64,000 bases of DNA from Mobula hypostoma (Eukaryota), in NCBI RefSeq assembly GCF_963921235.1, contig NC_086107.1, forward strand, positions 97,032,001 through 97,096,000, read 5' to 3'. The notes beneath the pieces were generated by a model. The model saw nothing but the letters and a program-made list of their open reading frames with translations, was not told where the DNA came from and did not search any database. Positions 40,263 to 52,019 of the stretch are shown piece by piece. How positions within the stretch are numbered: the first letter of the stretch is position 1; the number at the start of each line of letters is the position of its first letter. The position numbers and the translations under genes are program-made.

Positions 40263-40685
40263 CGTCGTCGTCGTGGCTATCCGTCAAGGTCGAGGATGAT
40301 GGCCTTTGTTCTGAAGAAGTGGCCCACAGAGTGAAGACGCCTGTGCGTGTATTTGTTTAATGTGTACTTGATGTTGCACTCCAAGAAGCACATGATACTT
40401 CACAAATCAACCAACTGATTCCAATGGCATGGAAACCACAACGATTGGAGCTGATGGATTTGTTGCAGCCTTCATCCACCTTCACAGCCGTTGAGTTCGA
40501 AGTAACTTCGTCCGCCTGTTCCACCATTGAGGTCTTGGTTGGATTGTTCTTTGTCAGGGACTTCACCCTCGATCTTACCGCCATGGGTGACCCTACCAGG
40601 AGCATAGCTCCAGACAACATTGCTCTCGGGATCACAGGACCACACAAGCTTCTCCACCACGACAAGGTGACAATCCACGGAGAAG
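40263..40685 (-). mobile_element. RTE-derived bipartite retroposon with an 11-bp TSD
   Basis: TSD tgtattacatt at 40252-40262 and 40686-40696; RTE-like 5' end gtcaccttgtcgtggtggagaagcttg; (GAC)n tail. Confidence 0.8.
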
Positions 40686-41427
40686 TGTATTACATTAGCA
40701 AATATCTCCGCAGGGATATCGGTCCCTCTCTGGGTCAAGTGCAACCTGTCCTTCTTGTACAGGTCATCTCTACCTCAAATGAGATCCCAATAGTCCAAGA
40801 ACCTGAATTCCTGTCCCCTACTCCAACTCATTGGACTTATCCAGCTACTTCTGACCTCACTAGTATGTAGCACCAGGAGTAATCTGGAGATGACTGTCTT
40901 TGAGGTCCTGTTTCTTACCTAACTCCCTACACTTATTCTGTAGGACTTCATCCCTAGTTTTACCCACTTTTTATGTACCAACAGCCAGAGGCTGTTCATT
41001 TTCTTCACTCTCCTGGAGAATTTTCTGCAGCCACTGAAATAACTTCTCTTGAATGGATTAACTTCACTCTGATTCCACAACCTACTGAGTCACTTTCAAG
41101 GACTTTACACCTTATGTTCAGTATTATGTGTTATTATTATTATTTGTATATTGGTTGTCTGTTTTTGTGTGTAGTTTTCCAATGTTTCTATTGTAATTAA
41201 CTGTTCTTCTGTGAATGCCTGCAAGAAAATGAATCTCAGGGTTGTATATGGTGACATGTATGCACTTCAATAATAAAGTTACTTTGAACTTTAACGCAAC
41301 CTTGACCCTGGCACCTGGGAGACAACACATCATCGTGGCATCCCTTCTGCAGCCATAGAATCTCCTCTCTGTCCTGTCCATCGAGTCTCCCATCACTATC
41401 ACCCTATCTGACTGCATCCTCCCCCAA

Positions 41428-41617
41428 CATACAAAGAGCATGTCGGGCAGATAAAAATAAACGGACTGCACAGGGAAGAGCAAAAGCTAAAAAGTCAAGC
41501 TGCAGCTTCAAAAAGAGCACCAATCTGCAAGCTGTTGATGAGAAATCTGATAACGTTGAGAGTCACACAGGACTGTGTAGCTTTGAAACTTACAGTGTGA
41601 AGGTTAGCAATAGACAT
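41428..41617 (+). mobile_element. Isolated Gypsy gag fragment
   Basis: Matches 43128-43322 and 32955-33150. Confidence 0.85.
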
Positions 41618-41986
41618 GACTACCTCTGTGAACCCATGAAAGAACATACCCCTCAACAGTTTCCAAAGGCTATACCTGTTAGTGAGGGGAATGGCCGTAA
41701 GGAGCCCAGTACTGACTGCCTACTCCCCTTAATTTCCCTATCCAAAGCCTATACCTTGGGTGTGAGCACCTCAGTAAAAGTTTCATCTATGAGGTTCTTT
41801 GCCACCTGCATAGTCCTAAGTATATCCAAACTGAGCTCCAGTTCCTTGATCTGGTCTGTCAGGAGTTGCAGGTGGGTGCTCTTCCGGTAGATCCAGTCAT
41901 CAGGGAGACCAAGAGGTTTTGTGACTCGCCACAACTTGCAGGAAGAACCTGCCATCCCAACTACATTGAATCAAGCAAAGAAAAAG

Positions 41987-44889
41987 TGTATTTAATATTT
42001 CAATAATACTTGAGTAATCTTGTATGTATATATACATCTTGGTTGATTAAGCATTGTTGTTCATTTAAATGATTAATAATGGGTTATATGCAAAAATAAA
42101 TTAATTGCATATGTCATCACACTACCACATGATATGTGTGTGCCTCTCTAAAAGTAAACTCGAACTAGACACATGTTCCTGGTCTTTTGTGTCTTCATTT
42201 GAACTAATTTAATGTTTTGAAACTGCAAAACATAACATTGGTGACGACGTATTTTTAAAATGAACCTGACACGGCTACCAGCCTGTTAAAGTGCAGTGAA
42301 ACGTTTGAAATAAAATAAAAGGCAGTGAGGAACAGGCGAGTTACCAAAACATGTGCTCTTTGGAAGGGAAGATGTGATTGATTTTTAAACAAGGCTGTAA
42401 GAGGAAATTAGGGTTCATAAAGAGTACCAGCTGATAATAATCTTTAAAAAAAACAGAAATGGCGGGCTGCATCGGAAAGATTGTTGAGTTTGATTGCATG
42501 ACAGGTAATTGGCTTGTGTATACTGAGCTATTGGAACAATGTTTTGAAGCAAATGAAATAGCCAATGAGAAGCAAATGCCAATTTTGCTGAGTTCATTGG
42601 GTTTAAAGGCATGCAGGCTTTCAATTTGACTGCTCCAACCAAACCATCAGATATAAGCTTTGCTGATATTGTAAAAGTGATACAGGAACTCTTAGAACCA
42701 AAGTCGTTGTTGATTGCAGATCACTTTAGGTTTCTTAAGCAGAATCAAAAACGAGTGGATTCCATTTCAACATACATGGCTGAATTGAGGAGATTGTCTA
42801 AGCACTGTCAGTTTGGTATTAGGCTTAATGATACACAAAGAGCTTGTTTCGTTTGTGGAATCTTAAAAGAAAGCATTCAAAAATGGCTCCTAACTGAAGC
42901 ACAGCTTACATTTAGAAGAGCAGTGGAAATTGCTGTTTCAATGGAAACTGTAGACCGAGATGCAATTGACGTAATCAGGAATGAAAGTGGGCATGAACAA
43001 AATTGCATTGTCTAAAAAGAAACTAGTCTTGCCAAACAAGTTGTGTTACCATTGTGGCAGGGGCTCACACTCACCAAACAAATGCAGATTTAAAGGTGAA
43101 ACTTGCAGATAATGCAACAAAGTAGGTCACATACAAAGAGCATGTCAGGCAAACAAAAATAAATGGAATGCACAGAGAAGAGAAAAGCATAAAAAAAAGT
43201 CAAGTTGCAGTTTCAAAAAGAGCACCAATCTGCATGCTGTTGATGAAAAATCCGATAATGAGGAGAGTGACACAGGACTGCACAGCCTTAAAATTTACAG
43301 TGTGAAAATTAACAATAGACAAGCAATATAGCTTACGCCAAAAGTGATTGGCAAATCAATTAAAATGGAATTGGACACTGGTTAGTCTGTTCATGTAACT
43401 CCAGTAAATGAGTTTGAACGCCATTTCAGAGATACTAACCTGAGGCTTACAGATATCCAACTAAGAACTTGTGCTGGAGAAAAGACCACTCCAATGAGAA
43501 TGACATTCATAAGAGTGAAATACAGTGACCAACAAGCCACATTGAGCTTGTATGTGGTGAAAACAGGAGGACCAGCATTGTGGGGTCATAATTGGCTGAG
43601 ACAACTGCAACGTGATTAGAGATCCTTCCACCACTTACATGCCACATGCCCTGCAATGAAGTCAACTGAAAGTGAATTAAGAAAGGTACTGGATGATTCC
43701 ACAACTGTCTCCACGGTGAACACTATGAACCTTAGGTCAACAGAGGACAAACAGGTGTTGGTGCCAGCCTCTGTGCCTCTGTTTGGAGAGCACATTGAAC
43801 CAAGGAAGGAACATGGGGCTCAGAGGAATTGTGAAAATGGTGAAAGCAGTGGTCTGGCTACAGCAGTTTTTGTAGGCAACATATCTGAGAAAGCTTCTGA
43901 TATGTTAATCAGAACATATCACAAGCTTTCTCAGAAATGTTAATCAGGTAGTTACTTGTGAAATGTGGCTTGGATTTAAGCTGGAAGAGAGTTCAAGGAG
44001 CTTCAGGAAAGTTGCAAGCATTCAGCTTTTATGACTATAAAGAACCAGAGTCTACTTTACGTGCGTTAAGGTTATTGCATGAATTTCAAGTGGGAGACAA
44101 AAAGTTGCTTGTAAAAGTAGATGCCCTGCTGGATGAATGGAAGGCCGAAAAGAAAGGAGTCAATGGAGATACAAAAACAGGGAATTCATCAGCTAATGCT
44201 GTGATTGAGGGAATGAAAAGGAGAGATCGGATCATAAAGGGAGCAATAGAAGGATTAATGAGAGAATACTCTAGTGAACTAAATGCATCTTCCCACGATC
44301 AAGATGCACAAACTAGAAGAAGGAAAAGGAAGAAGAAGGAAGGTGACTACTGCTATCAGAGCCACTTCCTGCAGCCCATAGTCAACTGCAATCACCATGG
44401 AGGAGGCCCCAGACCTGAGATTGTTTCACAGCCATAAGTCTCATCTGCCAAGCAGAGTGACCTCCCTTGTCAGGAAAGATATTATCCCACAAGAGTAGGA
44501 AAGCCTCCACGGTGATGAAATCTTTCAGTCTGAATGGGACAATTTAAAATTTACTATGCTGTGGATGTCTGTTTATAGCAGCTTCATTATATAATATATT
44601 GTGTCTCTAGTTGAGGTGCATTCTATATTGAGTTGGAGCTTACAGCTAAGCAGGGAAGAGTGTTGTGTATTTAATTTTTCAGTAATATTTGACTAATCTT
44701 GTACATGGATTGTTTGATTAAGATTTATGTTCATTTAATAATTAATTACATAAAATATTTAAAAATATGTTAATTGCATACATCATCATGCTACCACATG
44801 ATACATGTGTGCCTCGCTAAAAGTAAACTTGAACTAGACTCGTATTCCCAGTCTCTCATGTCATCTGAATTAATTTTTGAAGCTACAAA
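41987..44889 (+). mobile_element. Gypsy element C: two LTRs, gag and protease, with pol replaced by RBM25 sequence
   Basis: 5' LTR 41987-42237 ending ACA plus PBS TGGTGACGAC; gag ATG at 42459 with CCHC knuckles; protease MELDTG; PPT AAGCAGGGAAGAG then 3' LTR 44661 to about 44889. Confidence 0.92.
43755..44342 (+). pseudogene. RBM25: Intronless RBM25 fragment (RRM region) captured in a Gypsy element
   Basis: VFVGNISEKASDMLIR...KCGLDLSWKRVQGASGKLQAFSFYDYKEPESTLRALRLLHEFQVGDKKLLVKVDA...KRRDRIIKGAIEGLMREYSSELNA matches the RBM25 N-terminal RRM as I recall it; 35-bp duplication and TAG at 43949 disrupt the frame. Confidence 0.92.
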
Positions 44890-44949
44890 GCCTTACCTGT
44901 TGTTATTTGAAGATCCAGAACTCTGGAAGTCAGCCCAGTAACACAGCTG

Positions 44950-45510
44950 GCGTCACGTAACCGTAGTGGTTAGCACAATATTATTGCTGCTCAGGGGTGC
45001 TCTGCAGGTCAGAGTTCAATCCTGGCGCTGTTCCGTAAGGAGTCTCTGTACGTCCTCCCCATGGAATGTTTGGGTTTTCCCCGGGTGCTCCGGTTTACAC
45101 TTACAGTTCGAAAACATACCGGGTAGGTTAACTGGCCTGTGATTAAGTTAGGGTTAATCGGGGTTGTGTGGGCATGTGGCCAAGTGGTTAAGGCATTGGG
45201 CTAGTGACCTGAAGGTCGTGAGTTCGAGCCCCAGCAGAGGCAACGTGTTGTGTCCTTGAGCAAGGCACTTAGCACACGTTGCTCTGCGATGACACTGGTG
45301 CCAAGCTGTATGGGTCCTAATGCCCTTCCCTTGGACAACATTGGTGTCGTGGAGAGGGGAAATTTGCAGCATGGGCAATTGCTAGTCTTCCATACAACCT
45401 TGCCCAGGCCTGCACCCTGGAGAGTGAAGACTTCCCAGGCGAAGATCCATGGCCTTGCAAGACTAATGGATGCCTTTATTCGGGGTTGGGGGGTCACTGG
45501 GGTAGCGTAG
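44950..45510 (+). mobile_element. tRNA-SINE containing a second nested tRNA-SINE (about 45167-45478)
   Basis: Outer head ccgtagtggttagc...gagttcaatcc; inner head gtggccaagtggttaagg...gagttcgagcc; tcggggtt repeated at both flanks of the inner element. Confidence 0.8.
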
Positions 45511-47224
45511 CTGGTAAGAATGGAAGAGCATAAAACCATTTCCCATAATATCAATGCAATATTTGCATTCTTTTTAGAGACACATAGCATGAAAACAGAC
45601 CCTTTAGCAGAGTCCACCCCAACTATCGAGCACTCAAAGGTTCAAAGTACACTTATCATCAAAGTACACTTATCATCAAAGTACGTATGTGGGATGCAGC
45701 CCCACCGACAGCCACGAAACAAAGAAACCCATTCAAAGAAAATATCAAACACCCAGTGCACAAAAAAAGGAACAAATCATGCAAATGACAGGACACATAC
45801 AGAATATTTAACATCAAACCACAGAGTCCTTGAAACAGTCTAGAAGGTTCAGTTCAATTTAGCGCTGTTCAATTTGCCTGCAGGCCGCAGAGCCAGTCTG
45901 CCCTGATCATAATTGTGCAAAGTAGCAGTTAAAAGAGTACTCAGAAACCAGAAACACATATAACATGAACTGCAGAGCCCTCTATAAACGTTCAATCCAC
46001 GAACTGTGCCGATCAAGACCCAAGACTCCTGCACCTTCTGGCAGCAGCAAGTGAGAGGGAGACCGGTCACATGCAGGCAGACGGCACGAAACACCGTCGC
46101 TTGCCTTCCACTGTCGTCTTCGTTGATTTCAATCTTGCTCGACGCTTCAGTCGGCGGATAGGTTGAGAATTGGAGTCAAGCTCGGGTTCGTGCTTTGCCA
46201 TTAGGTTGCATACTCCATTCTCAACCTCGCTCTCAACGACACCGAGTTCTCTCGGAGACAGCAAAAACATCAGGGGGCCCAAAAACGCATTATCAAAGTG
46301 TAAAATTAAAGGCTCCATTTGCACACAGATGGGTAGTAAAACTATTTAAAAGAAGAAGGAGAAGTAGCTTTGTGAACTGTCGGCAGGACCTCGCCGTTAG
46401 TAGCATTGTTGGCTGATGTCATCTTGCTCATCATTTAAACTTATTCCATTTAATCCCACCCAGCCTCCCCCCGCCCCCCCACCCGCCACATACAGTACAT
46501 TACCGACAGCTCTGTTCTGCTTCTACCATTCACCTACAGACAACGGTTAGTCGACCTGCATATCTTCGGAAAGTGGGAGGAAGCGCAAGTGATCACAGGG
46601 AGAATTTACAAGCTGCACAGACAGTACCAGAGGTGAGGGTTGAACCGAGGTTGCTGCAGCTGTGAGACAACAGTGCTGCGAGCTCTGCCACTGCGCTTTA
46701 TATTAGCTTGTGATGGATGTGATGAAGTGCACCAGCCAAACAGAAGCTCCTTCTGTACAGCCAGTGCTCAAGTTGTGTACTAAACTGCCAGAAAAAGTTA
46801 TTGCGTTTAGCTTGCTTGAGGACAGGGTCATATCAGGAATTCTCCTTCAAAGTTTATTATGATATCAACATGGCAAATACCCACTGAGAAATACTTGGCT
46901 ACTTCATCCAATCCCTGTTAAAACCCATCAGCTGCCCAGCTGGGAGCTTCAGAGATTGAAACGCTACTTAGATCAGCCCTCCCTTACCGAATATAGTAGG
47001 TCAAAACGAACAAGGGCTGCTTCAAATTAGACCTCAAGCAAAGTGGCCAATACTGACAGAGTACAGATTAAGGTGGCAGGAGAGTATCACAGAGTTGTGA
47101 TATGTGGCTTGTTCCAGGCTGATGTGCAGGCAGAGACCAGCTGAACTCTTGGCAGAAAAATAGGAGGATGGAAGAGAGGAGGGGGAGAAAGAGAAAAATA
47201 ATGGTTGCAGAGTTTGTACTTAAT

Positions 47225-47505
47225 TATTTATTGAGCTACAGTAAATAGACAGAATAGGCCACTCCGGCCCTTCGAGCCGCTTGCCCAGCAACCCCCGATT
47301 TAACCCGAGCCTAATCACGAGACAATTTTCAAAGCCCGATTAACCTACCAACCGGTACGTCTTTGGACTGTGGGAGGAAACTGGAGCACCTCGAGGAAAC
47401 CCATGCAGTCGCGGGAAGAATGTACAAACTCCTTATGGACGGCAGTGGGAATTGAACCCGGGTCACCGGAACTGTAAAGCGTTGTGCTACCCACTACGCT
47501 ACTGT
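47225..47505 (-). mobile_element. tRNA-headed SINE
   Basis: Homolog of 9480-9747. Confidence 0.8.
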
Positions 47506-47965
47506 GGGAAGAAGGAGGAGAGGAAGCATAATGGATGGCAGCACTCTTTTAGCTATAAACATACATGAGGTTCCCTGACTCCCTACATCTTGTAGGAGGA
47601 ACTTATCTGCCATCCTGTCTTCACTAAATCAAGTACTAAGGATCGCCAGCCTTACCTATAGTTATTTGATGATCCAGAACTCTAGGAGACAGTCCAACAA
47701 CTTAACTGGGTGTCACGGCACCGTAGTGGTTGGCGCAACGCGATTACAGCTCAGAGCATTCTGGAGTTTGGAGTTCAGCTCTGGCACCGTCTGTAAGCAG
47801 TCTCTGTACGTCCTCCCGATAATTCCAAATATATTATAAATAGCCAAAGATGACATAATTTCCAAGGGTTCATTGTGAACCGACCAGTAAGTGTAACATA
47901 CAGCAGGCAGGAAACTGTGCCAGCAGAAACATAAAGTAAATATAAGTGTAAATGCAGACATTGTA

Positions 47966-47999
47966 ATTTGCATATTTATGAAGTCATTTGCATATTTAT
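47966..47999. promoter_or_regulatory. Tandem octamer motifs (ATTTGCAT x2, 20-bp spacing)
   Basis: ATTTGCATATTTAT at 47966 and 47986 in non-repeat sequence; function not shown. Confidence 0.4.
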
Positions 48000-49089
48000 A
48001 AACCCAGTATTGTAGTTATCATTAAAATGTTTTTTTGAAACCATTGAATAAAGGAAATAAACAGTTATTTAGTACTGCCTTTGGAATAGTCTGTTCTACT
48101 GAAAGAGTCATTAGAAAGTTTGGACTCCTAGCTGAAGGAAAACATTTCAAGTCCTATTACAGTAACCTGGGTTTAAATGATAATCCCCTAGAGAAATAAA
48201 ATAACCCAGAGAGATTCACAGCATGTGATCAAAACAAATCTGATGATGAACCAAGGTAGGAGGATGGGTAGGCTGGGGGTTGTTAAAGCCGGCGAAAGTG
48301 GAGGAACTATTTCAGATAGGGAAAAAGTAGTGGAAGAGTGAGCCCTCAGTGGGAAATCACAGGACAAAGATAGGACAGCGGGTATTCAACAGGAGATTGT
48401 TGGGTGAAGGGAAGCAATTGAGCTTTGCATTGAGAATGTGGGCGAGGGATAATCAATTGAGAACATAAAGAAAAGGGAGATGTGGTTTCACAGTGGGATA
48501 CCATGCATGTACCTGGGGCATTTGTTAGGGTCCGGTGTCTGGCATCATCCTCAATTCCTTCATCTTTAGGGTTTACTATGTCTGAACTCAGCAAGGATAC
48601 AGAGGTTTGATAAAAAATAAATTAGGAGGTAATTTGTCAGGAAAGTAGTGTCCAGGTAACTGGTCTTTTCATTAAATCCCTCCACCAAGACTTCTATTAA
48701 ATCTAGTGTGTAACCTTCCTATCTATAGTGGTCGGGTGGCGGGGTGCAGCGATGTCTCTGACAACGAAGGTGTAAGCCGCTTGGATATATACTTGGAAGC
48801 GCTGAGATCTATAGAGCTACGTGTCAAATGTTAGAGGTATACTAGTTAACAGAGGCTTCCCAGAGACAAAGATTGTCTGCGGGACACTGGAATGGACGCA
48901 GGCTCTTTCTCATTGATGCGGTCAGATAGATTTAATGTCCCCTCCCAGAGACGAAGCGTGATAAGGCTTGCCACTTCTGAATGAGTTCTGGAGCCCATAT
49001 GGTTCTGAACTAGCAGGCATTCACACTGAGAAATGGAAACCTTGATCAAGGGTGCCAGAGTTTAAGAGGGATACTCAGTCATAGTATGG

Positions 49090-49430
49090 GTGTCAGGGTG
49101 GAGGTACATCTCTACCAGAGGAGGTGCAAGGTGCGCCTTCCCTCCGCTAGCCTGCAGGTCACCTGATTGCCCCCCTCCCCCCACCCCAGATCAGGGTCAT
49201 GTGAAGCCATGGGAGCAGGTGGTGGATGGTCGTATGAGCAGCTGGTGCACATCACAAGTCCTGGTTATGTGACCACTGACACCAGGCGGACAATCTCTGA
49301 AGAGTATTGACAATGGCTGGGGTCACCCATCTTGTAAAGACACTGCCCAGAAGAAGGCAATGGCAAACCACTTCTGTAGAAAATTTGCCTGGAACAATAA
49401 TGATCATGCAAAGCCATGGTCGCCCAAGTC
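49090..49430 (+). mobile_element. SINE-like repeat
   Basis: Homolog of 4640-4812 and 25690-26100. Confidence 0.7.
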
Positions 49431-49431
49431 A

Positions 49432-51605
49432 TAGACCATAAGACCATAAGACATAGGAGCAGAATTAGGCCATTCAGCCCATCGAGTCTGCTCCGCCATT
49501 CCATCACGCCTGATCCCAGATCCCACTCAATCCCATTGACCTGCCTTCTCACCATATCCTTTGCTGACCTGACCGATCAGAAAACTATCAACTTCCACTT
49601 TAAATACACCCACAGACTTGGCCTCCACTGCCCTCTGTGGTAGAGCATTCCACAGATTCACTACTCCCTGACTAAAAATATTCCTCCTTACCTCTGTTCT
49701 GAAGGGTTGTCCCTCAACTTTGAGGCTGTGTACTCTAGTTCTAGATACCCCCACCATAGGAAGCATCCTCTCCACATCCATCTTATCTAGTCCAGTGGGA
49801 TGGAGGAACTGAGTGAAATACATGTTAGTAGGGAAGTGGTGTTAGGTAAATTGAAGGGATTGAAGGCAGATAAATCCCCAGGGCCAGATGGTCTGCATCC
49901 TAGAGTGCTTAAAGAAGTAGCCCAAGAAATAGTGGATGTATTAGTGATAATTTTTCAAAACTTGTTAGATTCTGGACTAGTTCCTGAGGATTGGAGGGTG
50001 GCTAATGTAACCCCACTTTTTAAAAAAGGAAGGAGAGAGAAACCGGGGAATTATAGACCGGTTAGCCTAACGTCGGTGGTGGGGAAACTACTGGAGTCAG
50101 TTATCAAGGATGTGATAACAGCACATTTGGAAAGCGGTGAAATGATCGGACAAAGTCAGCATGGATTTGTGAAAGGAAAATCATGTCTGACGAATCTCAT
50201 AGAATTTTTTGAGGATGTAACTAGTAGAGTGGATAGGGGAGAACCAGTGGATGTGGTATATTTGGATTTTCAAAAGGCTTTTGACAAGGTCCCACACAGG
50301 AGATTAGTGTGCAAACTTAAAGCACACGGTATTGGGGGTAAGGTATTGGTGTGGGTGGAGAATTGGTTAGCAGACAGGAAGCAAAGAGTGGGAATAAACG
50401 GGACCTTTTCAGAATGGCAGGCGGTGACTAGTGGGGTACCGCAAGGCTCAGTGCTGGGACCCCAGTTGTTTGCAATATATATTAATGACTTGGATGAGGG
50501 AATTAAATGCAGCATCTCCAAGTTTGTGGATGACACGAAGCTGGGTGGCAGTGTTAGCAGTGAGGAGGATGCTAAGAGGATGCAGGGTGACTTGGATAGG
50601 TTGGGTGAGTGGGCAAATTCATGGCAGATGCAATTTAATGTGGATAAATGTGAAGTTATCCACTTTGGTGGCAAAAATAGGAAAACAGATTATTATCTGA
50701 ATGGTGGCCGATTAGGAAAAGGGGAGGTGCAACGGGACCTGGGTGTCATTATACACCAGTCATTGAAAGTGGGCATGCAGGTACAGCAGGCGGTGAAAAA
50801 GGCGAATGGTATGCTGGCATTTATAGCGAGAGGATTCGAGTACAGGAGCAGGGAGGTACTACTGCAGTTGTACAAGGCCTTGGTGAGACCACACCTGGAG
50901 TATTGTGTGCAGTTTTGGTCCCCTAATCTGAGGAAAGACATCTTTGCCATAGAGGGAGTACCAAGAAGGTTCACCAGATTGATTCCTGGGATGGCGGGAC
51001 TTTCATATGAAGAAAGACTGGATGAATTGGGCTTGTACTCGTTGGAATTTAGAAGATTGTGGGGGGATCTGATTGAAGCGTATAAGATCCTAAAGGGATT
51101 GGACAGGCTAGATGCAGGAAGATTGTTCCCGATGTTGGGGAAGTCCAGAACGAGGGGTCACAGTTTGAGGATAGAGGGGAAGCCTTTTAGGACCGAGATT
51201 AGGAAAAACTTCTTCACACAGAGAGTGGTGAATCTGTGGAATTCTCTGCCACAGGAAACTGTTGAGGCCAGTTCATTGGCTATATTTAAGAGGGAGTTAG
51301 ATGTGGCCCTTGTGGCTACGGGGGTCAGGGGGTATGGAGGGAAGGCTGGGGCGGGGTTCTGAGTTGGATGATCAGCCATGATCATAATAAATGGCGGTGC
51401 AGGCTCGAAGGGCCGAATGGCCTACTCCTGCACCTATTTTCTATGTTTCTATGTTTCAACATTTGGTAGGTTTCAATGAGATTCCACCCCTCCCCTCACA
51501 TTCTTCTAAATTCCAGTGAATACAGGCCCAAAGCTGCCAAACGCCCCTCATATGTTAACCCCTTCATTCCCGGAATCATCCTCGTGAAGCTCCTCTGGAC
51601 TCCCT
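49432..51605 (-). mobile_element. CR1 3' fragment (49432-49792 and 51457-51605) split by a younger CR1
   Basis: (TCTTATGG)n tail at 49432; homology resumes at 51457. Confidence 0.85.
49793..51456 (+). mobile_element. Young 5'-truncated CR1 with an uninterrupted 520-aa RT ORF
   Basis: ORF 49800-51362 with PQGSVLGP and KFVDD; 3' UTR and (TTTCTATG)n tail. Confidence 0.96.
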
Positions 51606-52019
51606 CCACATACAACAGGGCACATAACAAACAATCTGTAGAGGCAACAACAGACATCTCTCTACATGATCAAAGTTTCCTGCAAGGAGATATCTCTAAT
51701 GAAGCATAAAACTGAAGCCTTTGCAGTTAGAGGATCTTGTTCAGGTGTCTTCCAGCTGTGGCTTTGCTGTTGATTCTATTTAAAGTTCAGTGAGAGAATC
51801 AGGACTACTCCTACTTCCTTGTGTATTTAATATTGATCTGACCTTCAGCAGGTGAAATCCTCCTACGCCTGGAGCCCATTGTTTATTCTGATGGGAGAAA
51901 TCATGAACTTTGGAGATACAATCAAAATGGTTGTGGTGAGGAACTTGCACAGTGTTTTGTAGATGACATACTCTGTGGTTGTGGGCCAATCTATGCACAA
52001 TATGAAGGGTGTTTTTTAG

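Larger units (their letters stand above)
37520..41986 (-). mobile_element. Near full-length degenerate CR1 (ORF1 and ORF2) with three insertions
   Basis: ORF1 N-terminus (41749-41955), esterase GDS motif VIVMGDS...CCLPGARVK, endonuclease WDVVATAETQL...PGYRCYRHDR (39803-40090), 3' end RFKLRRERFK...FFMQGVVSTWNELP. Confidence 0.85.

Noticed and set aside
45167..45240. tRNA-like sequence
   Set aside because: It is the head of a SINE with a body and flanking direct repeat, not a tRNA gene; likewise 3640-3716 and 9670-9747
50270..51385. Antisense ORFs over CR1 and Rex1 RT regions
   Set aside because: Shadow ORFs of LINE coding sequence
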